This document shows, piece by piece, positions 28,957 through 39,300 of a stretch of DNA of 64,000 bases. Location of the stretch: positions 9,047 to 73,046 of the forward strand of contig JBEKHN010000011.1 of assembly GCA_050012255.1 (NCBI GenBank), written 5' to 3'. A program made the position numbers and the translations under genes. How positions within the stretch are numbered: the first letter of the stretch is position 1; the number at the start of each line of letters is the position of its first letter. This DNA comes from Candidatus Bathyarchaeia archaeon. GTDB taxonomy: Archaea; Thermoproteota; Bathyarchaeia; Bathyarchaeales; Bathycorpusculaceae. The notes beneath the pieces were generated by a model. That model saw only the letters and a list, made by a program, of their open reading frames with translations, was not told the DNA's origin and ran no database searches.

Positions 28957-30120
28957 CTACCCTCTTAATTCTTTTACTATCTTGTTTAAATCTTGCAGCA
29001 AATCCTCAACGTGCCGCTCCTGAACGTGAGGCATTATGACGATTCGAATGTGGCGCGGAAAGAGAGAGACAGCCCATTTTCTAAGCCTCAATTCCTCAGC
29101 TATCCTACGGACATCGAACACGTCTGATATCAACCCAACAATGTTCATTGTCGGCTCCATTGCAACGCTCAACCCCTCAATCTTCGGAATATCTTCCGCA
29201 AGCCTCAGCGTTAGCCGCATGCACTTTCCAACGATTTTTCCGTAACCTTCTCTTCCAAGATGCTTCATCACGGTCCAGACAGCGATGGCTGAGGCGCCTG
29301 AACGTGTTCCAGCAAGTGTCGCTTGTTCGGTTTCTCCGCCCGCTAGGTAAGCGATGTCCCATGACACTTTCTTTCTAAGACTTTCATTACGGAACAATAA
29401 CCCGCCAGCCGGGATTGCAGCTAAACCCATCTTGTGCGGGTCAATCGTTATGGAAAGGACCCCGGGGACAGCAAAGTCAAAATTCTGCACCTTATATCCT
29501 AAGTCTCTCAAAAACGGAAGCACGAACCCTCCGAAAGCGGCGTCCACGTGGAAGTACAGGTTCTTTTCCAAGGCGAGCTCGGAGAGCTCGTCTATCGGAT
29601 CGACTGCACCTAGCCCCGTTGAGCCGGCTATGCCCACGATCGCTATAGTTTTCCGATTTATCGCGTTTTTGACGGCTCCCACATCGACTTGGAACTTGTT
29701 GTTCAACCTCACTTTGACGAGTTTCAAGCCTAGCAGATCTGCGGCCTTGTCGAAGGAGCAGTGAGCTGATCCGGGCACTACCACTTCACAGCTGGTTTTC
29801 TTGGCAAGCTTCTTGGCGGCCCATAGCGCGAGAACGTTGGCTTCTGTCCCCCCTGTAACTATGTGCCCTGATGCTTCTGGATTCGATAGAAGAGTGCCGA
29901 GCATGCTAATTGTTTCTCTTTCTATTTCTGCCACTGCACGGAAAAGTCCAGAGTCCCCCAGGTTCTTCTCGAGAAAACGACCGTACACTCTTCTGGCTAG
30001 TGGATGCGGGCATGTGCACATTGAACCGATGATTCTTCCAGAATTGTACGTGAAATCTTCTTGCAGCCTTGACTCAAGGGTTTCCATGAGTGTTTTTTCA
30101 GGCAAGCCTTTGGCATTCAT
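28957..30120 (-). CDS. mfnA: PLP-dependent L-tyrosine/L-aspartate decarboxylase
   Basis: GSMCT.PH, NLGD.GLF, GGTEAN, HVDAAFGG, IDPHKMG. Confidence 0.9.
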   Translation of the reverse strand: MNAKGLPEKTLMETLESRLQEDFTYNSGRIIGSMCTCPHPLARRVYGRFLEKNLGDSGLFRAVAEIERETISMLGTLLSNPEASGHIVTGGTEANVLALWAAKKLAKKTSCEVVVPGSAHCSFDKAADLLGLKLVKVRLNNKFQVDVGAVKNAINRKTIAIVGIAGSTGLGAVDPIDELSELALEKNLYFHVDAAFGGFVLPFLRDLGYKVQNFDFAVPGVLSITIDPHKMGLAAIPAGGLLFRNESLRKKVSWDIAYLAGGETEQATLAGTRSGASAIAVWTVMKHLGREGYGKIVGKCMRLTLRLAEDIPKIEGLSVAMEPTMNIVGLISDVFDVRRIAEELRLRKWAVSLFPRHIRIVIMPHVQERHVEDLLQDLNKIVKELRG

Positions 30121-30141
30121 TCTTCACGACCCCCATGCAGC

Positions 30142-30912
30142 TTAATGGTAGGTGTGTTCCTCGTCCGGGTATTTGCCCGTGGAGACTTCTTCGATGAACT
30201 TCGCCACAGCTTCCGTTATCGTCTTGTTCAGATTCGCGTACGCCTTCACATATTTCGGTTTGAAGACCTCGTCGAAACCAAGCATATCATTTACAACCAA
30301 GACCTGTCCGTCACAGTGTTTTCCGGCTCCGATGCCTATCGTGGGAACAGTTACGGATTCGGTTATCGTTTTTGCCAGACTTTCAGGAATGCATTCTAGC
30401 ACTATGGAAAACACGCCGAGTCTATCCAGAGCCTGAGCGTCCTGCAAAATCTGCGCGGCTTCTCCAAGATTTTTTCCTTTAACGTGGTAGGCTTCCGCCA
30501 TTTGAGGGAGCATTCCGACGTGACCCATCACGGGAATTCCGCCACTTATCAAGGCTCTTATGGCATCTGTTTTCTTTCCTTCGATTTTGACTCCGTGCGC
30601 TCCTGCTTCCAGAAATTGTCTGGCGTTCTTTAGGCAGTCTTGTACGGCGTTGCAACTGTTGATCGGCATGTCTCCGATTATCGGCTTGGATCTGACTCCT
30701 CTTGCCACTGCCTTCATGTGAAAAATCATGTCTGCCATCGTCACGCTTTTGGTGTCGCTGTAACCCTGCACCACCATGCCTGAACTGTCGCCCACAAGAA
30801 TCAAGTCGACGTCAGTGTGATCCAGTATCCTGCCCATCTGAAAGTCGTAGGCCGTCAACATTGTGATTCTTTCTCTGCCTTTCTTTTGCTTAATTTTTTC
30901 TTGAAAGTTCAC
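30142..30912 (-). CDS. panB: ketopantoate hydroxymethyltransferase
   Basis: MLTAYD, LVGDS, GDMP, VKIEG, TIGIGAG..CDGQVLV. Confidence 0.95.
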   Translation of the reverse strand: MNFQEKIKQKKGRERITMLTAYDFQMGRILDHTDVDLILVGDSSGMVVQGYSDTKSVTMADMIFHMKAVARGVRSKPIIGDMPINSCNAVQDCLKNARQFLEAGAHGVKIEGKKTDAIRALISGGIPVMGHVGMLPQMAEAYHVKGKNLGEAAQILQDAQALDRLGVFSIVLECIPESLAKTITESVTVPTIGIGAGKHCDGQVLVVNDMLGFDEVFKPKYVKAYANLNKTITEAVAKFIEEVSTGKYPDEEHTYH

Positions 30913-31798
30913 CTTTTTCCTCCAGAAATTTTATGAGATGGACGAGGGTTTCGTTCACTGGTGTCGGGATATGGTGTTTTGCACCGAGCTCAACTATTTT
31001 TCCGTTGAGGAAGTCAATTTCTGTTCTCTTCCCCCTCATTATGTCTTGGCACATCGAAGAGTAATTTGTGTAGCTGCTGATCTCCTTGCCGATTGCTTTT
31101 TCTAAATCCTTCGGAAAGGTTACTCCTTCAGCGTTTCCAACTTGGACGCATTCTTGGATAATCTGATGCCTAACTTCTGCCAGAGGCTGCGTGGAGATTT
31201 CGCGATTTTTAACGCGAAAGATTGCGGTCAGTGGGTTTATCACGCTGTTGAGGACGACCTTACTCCATGTTTCGTTGTTGATGTTCTTGGAAACGTGTGC
31301 CTTGAGACCGGAGTTATTCATTGTGGCTGCGATTTCCTCCGCCACACCATCGTGTTCGATTGTTGTTTCACCTGTCCAATACTTTATCTCTCCTGCTTTG
31401 AAGAACTCTGCCGCCATGTTTGTTATTCCTCTTAAAACCTTGGCTTTGTAGCCGGCAGCGCGTTTGACGATCTTTTCGTTTTGAAGACCATTCTGGAGAA
31501 CCAGAATGACCGTGTCTTTCCTGAGAAGTCTACTTATTTCTTCCACCGCCTTTTCCGAGTCATAAGCCTTTGTGGTCAGGAAAATCAGAGTTCCCTGAGG
31601 TATTTCTCGAATTTGCGTGTCAGCCCCTAAGCGAAAAGTTTCATTAATGTTGCTTGAGACTAACAAACCCTTTGATTTTACGGCCTCTACGTGTGCCTTG
31701 TTTCCAATTAGAGTTGCATCATTCTTTTTTGATAGCAGAGCGCCGATGACACTTCCTATGGCACCAGCGCCTAGGATGAAAATCTTGTTGAATGTCAC
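30890..31798 (-). CDS. panE: ketopantoate reductase
   Basis: GAGAIG, TKAYD, LQNG, W.K...N..INPLTA, SSM.QD...RTEIDFLNG. Confidence 0.93.
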   Translation of the reverse strand: MTFNKIFILGAGAIGSVIGALLSKKNDATLIGNKAHVEAVKSKGLLVSSNINETFRLGADTQIREIPQGTLIFLTTKAYDSEKAVEEISRLLRKDTVILVLQNGLQNEKIVKRAAGYKAKVLRGITNMAAEFFKAGEIKYWTGETTIEHDGVAEEIAATMNNSGLKAHVSKNINNETWSKVVLNSVINPLTAIFRVKNREISTQPLAEVRHQIIQECVQVGNAEGVTFPKDLEKAIGKEISSYTNYSSMCQDIMRGKRTEIDFLNGKIVELGAKHHIPTPVNETLVHLIKFLEEKGELSRKN

Positions 31799-32589
31799 AT
31801 TGCTCGCCCTCGTTCAGTAACCCCTTCTGCTGCGAACTTTGAGAGGTTTTCTTTGATCAGAATTATGGATTTGGCGAGGTTTTTCCTGTTGTCAAAGTTT
31901 CCTAATATTTCTCTACATTTGCCCACGCCTTGATTTTTCAGCTTCCCAACAGTTTCAACAAGCTTCGGCGCTGATCTTACAATGTTGTCGACTATCGTGA
32001 TGGTCGCTTTTACCGCCGTCCGAGAAAGAGGGTTCAAGTCTATTGCTATCACCTTTTTTCCAATCTTAACAAGAGCTTCCGTCCTATCTCCATCTTCCAA
32101 TGGCACCATGACAACGTCAGCCGCAAGTATCCCCCTTGGATCAACGCGTCGCCTCTCGCTGCTTAACTCTGGAATTCTTGCAGATGCGTTTTTTCCTACT
32201 CCAAGAACTTCATGCGCACCTGCTTTTTCAAGCAACTTCTTTATTGCAAGCTCCCTTGCACGAGATCTGTAAAAGAGGTTGACTTCAATCTTCGATCCTG
32301 TAACGTTGGCGAGCTTCACAACTTCTTCAGCAACTAAAGCCGCAGTGTTCCCGTTGACAGAGATAACAGGATTTCTTGCTGTCAGAAACATGGCTGCTGC
32401 AGCTTCAATGGCTTCCAGAGCCGGTTTGCTGGTTTTTTCGCCCAGCAAGTAATCGAAAGCTTCTCCACGACCATGCGCAATGAGGCCTGAAGCAGCGACG
32501 ATTCCTTCGAGATAACTATTGATCAGCTTCTCTCGTGTGAACAAGGACTTTGCTCTTGGATGATCATCGGGGATCTTAGTATCAGTCAC
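31795..32589 (-). CDS. pps: phosphopantothenate synthetase
   Basis: HPRAKSL, GLIAHGRGEAFDYL.GE, SVNGN, VPLEDGDR, IDLNPLSRT. Confidence 0.93.
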   Translation of the reverse strand: MTDTKIPDDHPRAKSLFTREKLINSYLEGIVAASGLIAHGRGEAFDYLLGEKTSKPALEAIEAAAAMFLTARNPVISVNGNTAALVAEEVVKLANVTGSKIEVNLFYRSRARELAIKKLLEKAGAHEVLGVGKNASARIPELSSERRRVDPRGILAADVVMVPLEDGDRTEALVKIGKKVIAIDLNPLSRTAVKATITIVDNIVRSAPKLVETVGKLKNQGVGKCREILGNFDNRKNLAKSIILIKENLSKFAAEGVTERGRAM

Positions 32590-33503
32590 TGAAGTCGCGC
32601 TCCTTCATGATCCACCTTGCTTACGACTGTATGACCGCCGGAGCCATCTTTACGAAAGACCTGAAGAATTCGCCCGAGCCTATCTTCGTCGGCTATTGTG
32701 AAAGCGCATTCTCCGAACATCGGCATACTGCACACTACACCAGCTTCGTCCGCTGCGTCTAAGATGTTTCTGACTTTCTCAGTTATGAGTCCAACATGTT
32801 CAGCGAACTGGCGAGATAGCCTCATGAAGTTGATGATGGTTGGTGCTTTGACCAATTCGTTCACTAGCTCCCCGCCAAATCTGTTTATTCGCGAGCGAGT
32901 TTCCGGGTCGGTCAGGTATTTTCTCGTGGAAAGGGGTCCGAAAACGTGGCAGGCAACCACAGCGTTTTCTGGGGTTGGAAGGCACCTAATCTCCCCGATT
33001 CCAGGCGCTCCTGGTTTGATCCTGATTTCAAGCCCGCCGAACGTTTCGGCTATGACTGTTCCAAGCCCAGTCTTGCATTCGATTTCAGCGATGTGGGCAA
33101 TTTGGGCAGACTGTATTTTGGACATGCCTAACCCTAGGGCTTCGTTCAAGGCAAGGGCAAGACTTAGCGCTGCAGCTCCACTCGTCCCGAACCCTGCTCC
33201 TATTGGAGCTTGTATCTGATGTTCAACTGTGATTTCAAAGTGGGATGCCTCGCTCAACCGCGAAAGAAAAGCGCTGACAACATGTTTTGATACGTGCGCA
33301 CAGTCTGCGGCTTGATGGTTGATGTTGACTTTCAAACGGGGTCTGGGACCTTTTTCGACTTTAACGGTTGTTTTGGCCCCTAAATTCAATGAAACGCCAG
33401 CACCTTTGGAGCCCGCGCTTAAAATGTCTGCTGATTGATCAAATATCTGGAAGATCCCCGTGATGTGGCAGGGTGCAAACGCCGCAGCTTCTTCCAATTT
33501 CAA
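32586..33503 (-). CDS. pok: pantoate kinase (GHMP family)
   Basis: P.HITG.F, GS.GAG, PIGAGFGTSGA, AHIAE...TGLG.V, PGAPG. Confidence 0.92.
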   Translation of the reverse strand: MKLEEAAAFAPCHITGIFQIFDQSADILSAGSKGAGVSLNLGAKTTVKVEKGPRPRLKVNINHQAADCAHVSKHVVSAFLSRLSEASHFEITVEHQIQAPIGAGFGTSGAAALSLALALNEALGLGMSKIQSAQIAHIAEIECKTGLGTVIAETFGGLEIRIKPGAPGIGEIRCLPTPENAVVACHVFGPLSTRKYLTDPETRSRINRFGGELVNELVKAPTIINFMRLSRQFAEHVGLITEKVRNILDAADEAGVVCSMPMFGECAFTIADEDRLGRILQVFRKDGSGGHTVVSKVDHEGARLQ

Positions 33504-33980
33504 CGCCTAGAGGTCAAGTTTAATGAAATGGCTTCAAATAAAAATTCTGTATGGACTGTTTAAACACGTCTAGATTTGATGAACCTTTCACTGAACCCTC
33601 CCAGGATTGGCCATTAAATCCACAGCAAAACTGGGACGTTTGGGTCGCTTGGGATGCTCTCCACTCTATTTCCACGTTTGGTGTCGCAGTGAACGCTGAC
33701 CATATTTGTATCATATGTCAGACCGGAGGGGTAGGCCGTACGCGCACATGACCAGAAAGGCCGCGGCCATCATCGGGCATCACGCAGTCGTCAAGGCCGA
33801 ACAAGAAAAAATAGAATTGCACGGGATATATCTCCACCATGCGCAGTTTGTTTAACCAAGTTTAGACCCATCTTTGCTTCGTGCGCCACCGAAACGTTCT
33901 TCACTCGCCCATCGGGCGCTTTCGAGCCGCTTAAATATGGAAACGCCTACTTCGTACTAAACGCGAACCGAGGCTCCTAG

Positions 33981-34670
33981 ATGATTGAAAACCATTCTTC
34001 TCGGCACGTGTTCACGCTGCTTAAGCTGGCCGAAATGGGAGCCCATCGAAGAACCGCCAAAATATCCACTGAGTACCTAGCTCAGAAGCTGAACATATCT
34101 CAGCAGACAGCGTCGAGATATCTTATCGAGCTTGACCGCAAGGGGTGGATCAACAGGACCATAACGCCTGAGGGCTGCCTCATAAGAATCACGCAGACAG
34201 GCATCACAGAGTTGAAAAAGCTCTATTCAACCCTGCGCTTCCTGATGGAGGCAACCTATCCACCGTCGATAACTCTGGAGGGAACGGTTTTCACCGGTCT
34301 CGGAGAAGGAGCCTACTACATCTCAAGAGAAGGGTACAGAAAGCAGTTCATCGAGAAACTGGGGTTTGACCCTTACCCGGGAACCCTCAACCTGCGGCTC
34401 ACAACTGATTATGACGTCAAGGCTCGAAACGAACTTGAAGCTTACCCCGCTGTGGACATTGAAGGCTTCAAGAGTGAAGACCGAACGTTCGGACCGGTGA
34501 AATGCTACCCTGTGATAGTAGAGAACAAGGCAAAAGGCGCCTTGATCCTAGCGCTCAGAAGCCACTACGATGCTTCCGTTCTCGAAATCATCGCTCCAAT
34601 TCCCCTGAGAAAACACCTCAAGCTCAAGGATGGACACAAGGCTAAAGTCGAGGTCTTAACCCTCCCATGA
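33981..34670 (+). CDS. ribK: CTP-dependent riboflavin kinase with N-terminal HTH (RbkR type)
   Basis: SQQTASR HTH; GLGEGAYY, FDPYPGTLN, LEIIAP..LR. Confidence 0.92.
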   Translation: MIENHSSRHVFTLLKLAEMGAHRRTAKISTEYLAQKLNISQQTASRYLIELDRKGWINRTITPEGCLIRITQTGITELKKLYSTLRFLMEATYPPSITLEGTVFTGLGEGAYYISREGYRKQFIEKLGFDPYPGTLNLRLTTDYDVKARNELEAYPAVDIEGFKSEDRTFGPVKCYPVIVENKAKGALILALRSHYDASVLEIIAPIPLRKHLKLKDGHKAKVEVLTLP

Positions 34671-34840
34671 GTCCCGAACGCGCGATTTATCCTGCATCTG
34701 ATGTGTGAAATAGGGGTTCGGGTTCTTCTAGCCTTAGACTTTACCCTCCGCCTTGCGGTGTCGATCCTCCGCTTGGACAGCCACATAACTCTCTCTGACG
34801 ATGGCTGACGACTACGCGAGCCGTTGAGCTAGAGTTGGCC

Positions 34841-35944
34841 TCAACCTGGTTCAATGAAGCTTGTTATTTGCCTCTGGCTTTTCCCTATTCCAGTTAAGGT
34901 TGAAACCTTGACGCCGACTCTTCGTGTTTCGAGCTGAGTGTCGCTCTGAAACTTTACAAAAAGCTCAGCCACAGTCTTCTTCATCAGTTCAAGGCTGTTC
35001 GACGGGTTTTCGAACGTTCTGGACCTGGTGTGAACCTTCATGTCCTTCGTGATCGCAATTATGCCTACTGTTTTGAAAGTGAGCTTTTCCTCCATGATCC
35101 TGTCGTATACCTCGTTGCAAAGGTGATCAGTCTCGTCTAAGATGAGAGTCAGATCCTTAGTGTCTTGTTTCAAAGTGGCAATCCTGCTTATAGATTCTGC
35201 TTCGCCCCTTTCCTGGACAGGTTCGTTGTCCACGCCGAGTGAAGCGTTGTGGAAATAGGTTCCAAGGGTCTTGCCGAACACTGCAATCAACTTCTGCACA
35301 TCATAGTTTGCCAGGTCGCCGACCTTGCTTATTCCCAACGTCTGCATCTTTTCCAGTGTCTTGGTTCCAACACCGATGAGCCGATTCACCGGAAGTGGTG
35401 CCAGAAAACTCGTGATTGAAACCGGGTCTATAACGGTCAAACCGTCCGGTTTTTTCTCGTCGGCGGCGATCTTTGCGACAAGCTTGTTGGGCCCAACCCC
35501 GACTGAACAGGTGAGTTTCTGCTGATGTCGCATCTCAGTCTTTATCGTCTCAGCCAACAGCTTGGCTTCTTGAAAACTTCCACCTACCCGTTCGGTCACA
35601 TCAAGGTACGCCTCATCTATGCCCACTTGCTCGAATTGGTCAGCGTAGGCTTCGAGAAGGTTCATCACCTTCTCTGAAACTTCCTCGTAGAACTGATGGT
35701 CAACTGGCAGAAATGCGGCATCAACGCTTTCGAGTTTCTTTTTCGCCAAAAAAATCGGCATGCCAGACTTCACTCCGTATTTTCGAGCGATATAGTTTGC
35801 AGTGCTCACGGCTCCGCTGTCTTTGCTGCGCCCAGAATAGACGCAGACCACTACTGGTTTGTCTCTGAGCGCTGGGTTTCGCAGCTCCTCGCATTGCGCA
35901 AAGAAGTAGTCCAAGTCAACCAGCATTATGACTCTTGTCGACAA
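34841..35944 (-). CDS. dinB: Y-family DNA polymerase IV (Dpo4/Dbh)
   Basis: VDLDYFFAQ.EE, TANY.AR..GV.SGMP, IDEAYLD, AKIA....KPDG. Confidence 0.93.
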   Translation of the reverse strand: MSTRVIMLVDLDYFFAQCEELRNPALRDKPVVVCVYSGRSKDSGAVSTANYIARKYGVKSGMPIFLAKKKLESVDAAFLPVDHQFYEEVSEKVMNLLEAYADQFEQVGIDEAYLDVTERVGGSFQEAKLLAETIKTEMRHQQKLTCSVGVGPNKLVAKIAADEKKPDGLTVIDPVSITSFLAPLPVNRLIGVGTKTLEKMQTLGISKVGDLANYDVQKLIAVFGKTLGTYFHNASLGVDNEPVQERGEAESISRIATLKQDTKDLTLILDETDHLCNEVYDRIMEEKLTFKTVGIIAITKDMKVHTRSRTFENPSNSLELMKKTVAELFVKFQSDTQLETRRVGVKVSTLTGIGKSQRQITSFIEPG

Positions 35945-36008
35945 AGGCTGCCACAGATGGATGAAGAATCAATAAGATGATTTACGTTTTTCCTCTTTTG
36001 ATTCCTAT

Positions 36009-36410
36009 TCAGGCTTCGGTCACGTGAAGCGTCACCTTCTCTCCGCTGCGATTGTAGACGACCACGTATTCCTTGTTTCTGAAGGGAAACGCTGTGATCA
36101 TGAGTACCACGCCGAAGAAATGGTTTAGGTCAGTGTGTGAAGGCATCAGGTTTCCTGAAGGGTGACTGTGCGCTGTTCCCACGATAGAGAAGTCCATGGG
36201 CAGCATGTGAAGCGGAAGGCTTGCGAAGCCTCTACCGTACTTGGCGAGCGGGGGGATGAGAAGGTCACTTATTTCTATAGAGTTCTTGTTTTTTCTTCCC
36301 CTGAGAAGCAAGATTGTTTCCTTAGGATATAGCCTCCTTGCACCCTCAAGAATTGCTTCAAGCAACTCTTTGTTTATGGAAATCATAAAACCCGCGTTCA
36401 TAACTTTCAC
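36009..36410 (-). CDS. JAB/MPN (JAMM) metalloprotease domain protein
   Basis: YPKE...HSHPSG...PS..D motif. Confidence 0.85.
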   Translation of the reverse strand: MKVMNAGFMISINKELLEAILEGARRLYPKETILLLRGRKNKNSIEISDLLIPPLAKYGRGFASLPLHMLPMDFSIVGTAHSHPSGNLMPSHTDLNHFFGVVLMITAFPFRNKEYVVVYNRSGEKVTLHVTEA

Positions 36411-36450
36411 AGGCTTTCTAATGTTTGACCCATGTTGCAGTTACAGATCG

Positions 36451-37194
36451 CTATTCTTCTCTCCACCTGCTCTTGATGGCCACCAACAGCAACGAGACTA
36501 CGGTCGTTATGATAAGAACGAGCCAGCGAAGCAGGGCTATTTCAGACGTTAAAGGCGAAATACCTGCGTAAGACTTTATCAATCCTGCAGCATTCGAAGT
36601 TGGAAAAATGATTGCCAACCACTGGAAACTCCCCCAAACCTGCTCAGAATAGAATACAGGTGGCAGGAAAATGAACAGTATTCCAAGGATGTTGGACACA
36701 TTGTTCAGCGTGTTTATGTTCGCGTTCCTCAGATAGGTCGACATGACGAACCCGATGCTGCTTAAAGCCGCCCAGCACAGAAACACCGCGCCTATAACCC
36801 AGCCTAGCGACGAAAGAGGAAGGATCCGAAAAACAGTGGAAATCACTATGAAGATTATGAAACCAGGAGACGCGTACAACAGCTTGGACAATGCCACACC
36901 GAAGGAGTAGGAAAGAGGGTGAACAGGCATGGCCACGATCATCTCTCTTATTTTCACGTACCGGTCCCAAGTAATATCCTGCACGGCTGAGGCCAAACCG
37001 ATGAAGCCGATGGAACCGACCATTCCGCCCACGAGGGCGTAGGCGTAGTTTTGCCCCCCGAAGAAGTAGGTGAAGAACAGCGGAATAAAACTCAAGAAGG
37101 TTATGATGATTAACGTCAACGGCTGTCTCTTAATGTCCGGAATCGCCTTCATAGTAGCGATGATGTAGACGTCTTTCAAAGGTTTAAGGTTCAT
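36451..37194 (-). CDS. ABC-2 type permease
   Basis: about 6 TM, PPVFYS; overlaps the ATPase stop. Confidence 0.82.
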   Translation of the reverse strand: MNLKPLKDVYIIATMKAIPDIKRQPLTLIIITFLSFIPLFFTYFFGGQNYAYALVGGMVGSIGFIGLASAVQDITWDRYVKIREMIVAMPVHPLSYSFGVALSKLLYASPGFIIFIVISTVFRILPLSSLGWVIGAVFLCWAALSSIGFVMSTYLRNANINTLNNVSNILGILFIFLPPVFYSEQVWGSFQWLAIIFPTSNAAGLIKSYAGISPLTSEIALLRWLVLIITTVVSLLLVAIKSRWREE

Positions 37195-38101
37195 ACTGTT
37201 CTCCTCCGACAAGCTCAACAAAAACGTCTTCAAGCGTGGTCGGCGCGATCTCAGCCTTCAACCCCCTCTTCAGCGCCGCTCTCGTAAGTTCCAAGGCCGC
37301 ATCCTCAGCCTTGAAGTAGAAGATTTGCCTGCTGCCAAACTTCGCAGTACGACAAATCGCCTGCAGAGCGGAAATGTCCTCCAGCTTGCCTTCCACGACA
37401 ACGCGATACTTCTCCTTTGCCAAACCCCTTATCTCCTGAGGGGTCCCCTCAGCAACGACCATTCCCTTGTTAATAACGGCCAGCCTGTCGGACAGCATCT
37501 CCGCTTCCTCCATGATGTGCGTCGTCAACAGGATAGACCTGCCCTGTCCAACCATTTCCCTGAGTACCGCCCAGACCTTTCTTCTTGCTACTGCATCCAA
37601 CCCACTCGTCGGCTCATCAAGCATCAGAAGGTTAGCATCAGAGCACAACACAGAAGCTATTACGGCACGTTTCCTCTCCCCGCCGGAAAGGTTAGTGCAC
37701 TGCCGGTTTCTCAGACCCCATAAGTCAACAGCCTTCAAAGCCTTCTCGCCGTTTCTCTGCACCTCACCCTTCGACATGCCGCGCAACATCGAGAAGTAAT
37801 AGCAGTACTCCCAAGGTGTAAAGCTGCCATAGGTCTGAACGTCCTGTGGAACAACAGCAATATGCCTGCGCACATCCTTCGGCTCCCTCGTCACATTGAG
37901 CCCAAAAACATACGCCTCCCCGCTGGTCAGCAGAAGCTGCGTAGCAATTATTCTCAGAAAAGTCGTCTTCCCTGCACCGTTCGGGCCCAAGAGAGTAAAT
38001 AGCTCACCCTTTTTTACAGAGAGATTTACCCCTTTGAGAGCGTGAACAGTCTCTTTGCCCTTGTAAACCTTGACCAGGTCAACAGTTTTCACAGCTTCCA
38101 T
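37184..38101 (-). CDS. ABC transporter ATP-binding protein (start probably 38101)
   Basis: GPNGAGKTT, LSGGE, DEPTSGLD, TTH, TLEDVF. Confidence 0.92.
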   Translation of the reverse strand: MEAVKTVDLVKVYKGKETVHALKGVNLSVKKGELFTLLGPNGAGKTTFLRIIATQLLLTSGEAYVFGLNVTREPKDVRRHIAVVPQDVQTYGSFTPWEYCYYFSMLRGMSKGEVQRNGEKALKAVDLWGLRNRQCTNLSGGERKRAVIASVLCSDANLLMLDEPTSGLDAVARRKVWAVLREMVGQGRSILLTTHIMEEAEMLSDRLAVINKGMVVAEGTPQEIRGLAKEKYRVVVEGKLEDISALQAICRTAKFGSRQIFYFKAEDAALELTRAALKRGLKAEIAPTTLEDVFVELVGGEQYEP

Positions 38102-38410
38102 CACTTTATGCTCCTTTAAGCATGCTGAACCAGCGTAAACGAAAGTTCTCAGGCAAAGAGAAGCTGACAACTTACAGCTTCGTTTCCCATTCATAAAGGC
38201 CAGATATAAGAGTTGCCATAAAAACAGAAGACAAAACGAACGCAGGCTGGCCCACAGTCGCTCATGAAAACCAGCGCCACAAAACAATACCGTTGAACAT
38301 AGTTTGTGACTCCCAAGGTTCCAAGCCTTGTTCTTCTTCTCTCTGACCCTAAAATGTCTGTCAGACGACAAAGGATAGCATCTGATGAGATCAAAACGTA
38401 ATTAAGAGCA

Positions 38411-39268
38411 ATGTGGGTTTCAGTCTTGGCGGATATTAACTTGACTGCCTGGCGTCTGCTAGAAGTTGAAATTTATGACGCGTTCATGAACATGGCTATT
38501 GATGAAGCTATTCTAAGAGCGAGAATTCAAAGCGTAGTACCGAACACTCTAAGATTCTATCGCTGGAAACCCTCCGCCGTTTCTGTTGGAAGATTCGAAA
38601 ACATAGAGAAAGAAGTCCAACTGGACAACTGTAGAAAACACAACGTTGATGTCGTAAGACGGATAACAGGCGGAGGCACAGTCTACCATGACGCTCAAGA
38701 CGAGATCACCTACAGCGTGATCGCCAGAAAAGAGGACTTGGGAGCTGAAGAAATAACCGCGATCTACTCTAGAATCTACGCTGGCCTAGCTGAAGCACTC
38801 CGAATACTTGGTATTCACGCAGATTTCAACCAAGGCACAGCAAAAGCCTGCCCCAACTTAACGGTCAACGGAAAGAAAATCTCTGGAAGCGCTCAGGCTC
38901 ACAGAAGCGGGGCCTTTCTGCAGCACGGGACGCTTCTCTCTGAAGTCAACCTGGAAAGGATGTTCACTTTCCTTCGCGTTCCTTGGGCCAAAACACGTAT
39001 GCAAATCGTGAGCATTGCAGAGAATAGAATCACTTCAATAAACGATGAACTTGGAAAAACTGTTTCAGCAGCAGAAGTCAAAGATGCGCTGGTTAAGGGT
39101 TTCGAAAAAGCTTTAGACAGCAGACTCAGGAGCGGAGAGCTAACTGCGGGTGAGCTAGAGCTTTCTAAACATCTTTGCCAGGAAAAATACGCTACTGACG
39201 ACTGGAACCTCAACGGCAGAACCAACGAACAGAAGCAAGAAGACTTTACAAGACACGTGTTGTATTAA
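38411..39268 (+). CDS. lplA: lipoate-protein ligase / octanoyltransferase catalytic domain
   Basis: NMAIDEA, RRITGGGTVYHD, KKISGSAQ, LQHGT. Confidence 0.9.
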   Translation: MWVSVLADINLTAWRLLEVEIYDAFMNMAIDEAILRARIQSVVPNTLRFYRWKPSAVSVGRFENIEKEVQLDNCRKHNVDVVRRITGGGTVYHDAQDEITYSVIARKEDLGAEEITAIYSRIYAGLAEALRILGIHADFNQGTAKACPNLTVNGKKISGSAQAHRSGAFLQHGTLLSEVNLERMFTFLRVPWAKTRMQIVSIAENRITSINDELGKTVSAAEVKDALVKGFEKALDSRLRSGELTAGELELSKHLCQEKYATDDWNLNGRTNEQKQEDFTRHVLY

Positions 39269-39300
39269 GGAGCGAACGAAGAAATGCGACGACGCGCCGA

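Noticed and set aside
36009-36410. JAB protein as part of a ubiquitin-like or CBASS system
   Set aside because: No E1/E2, ubiquitin-like or cyclase genes nearby; stand-alone JAMM proteins are common in archaea.
38102-38371. Long N-terminal extension on the ABC ATPase
   Set aside because: Upstream sequence is promoter-like; the homologous domain starts at MEAVKT (38101).
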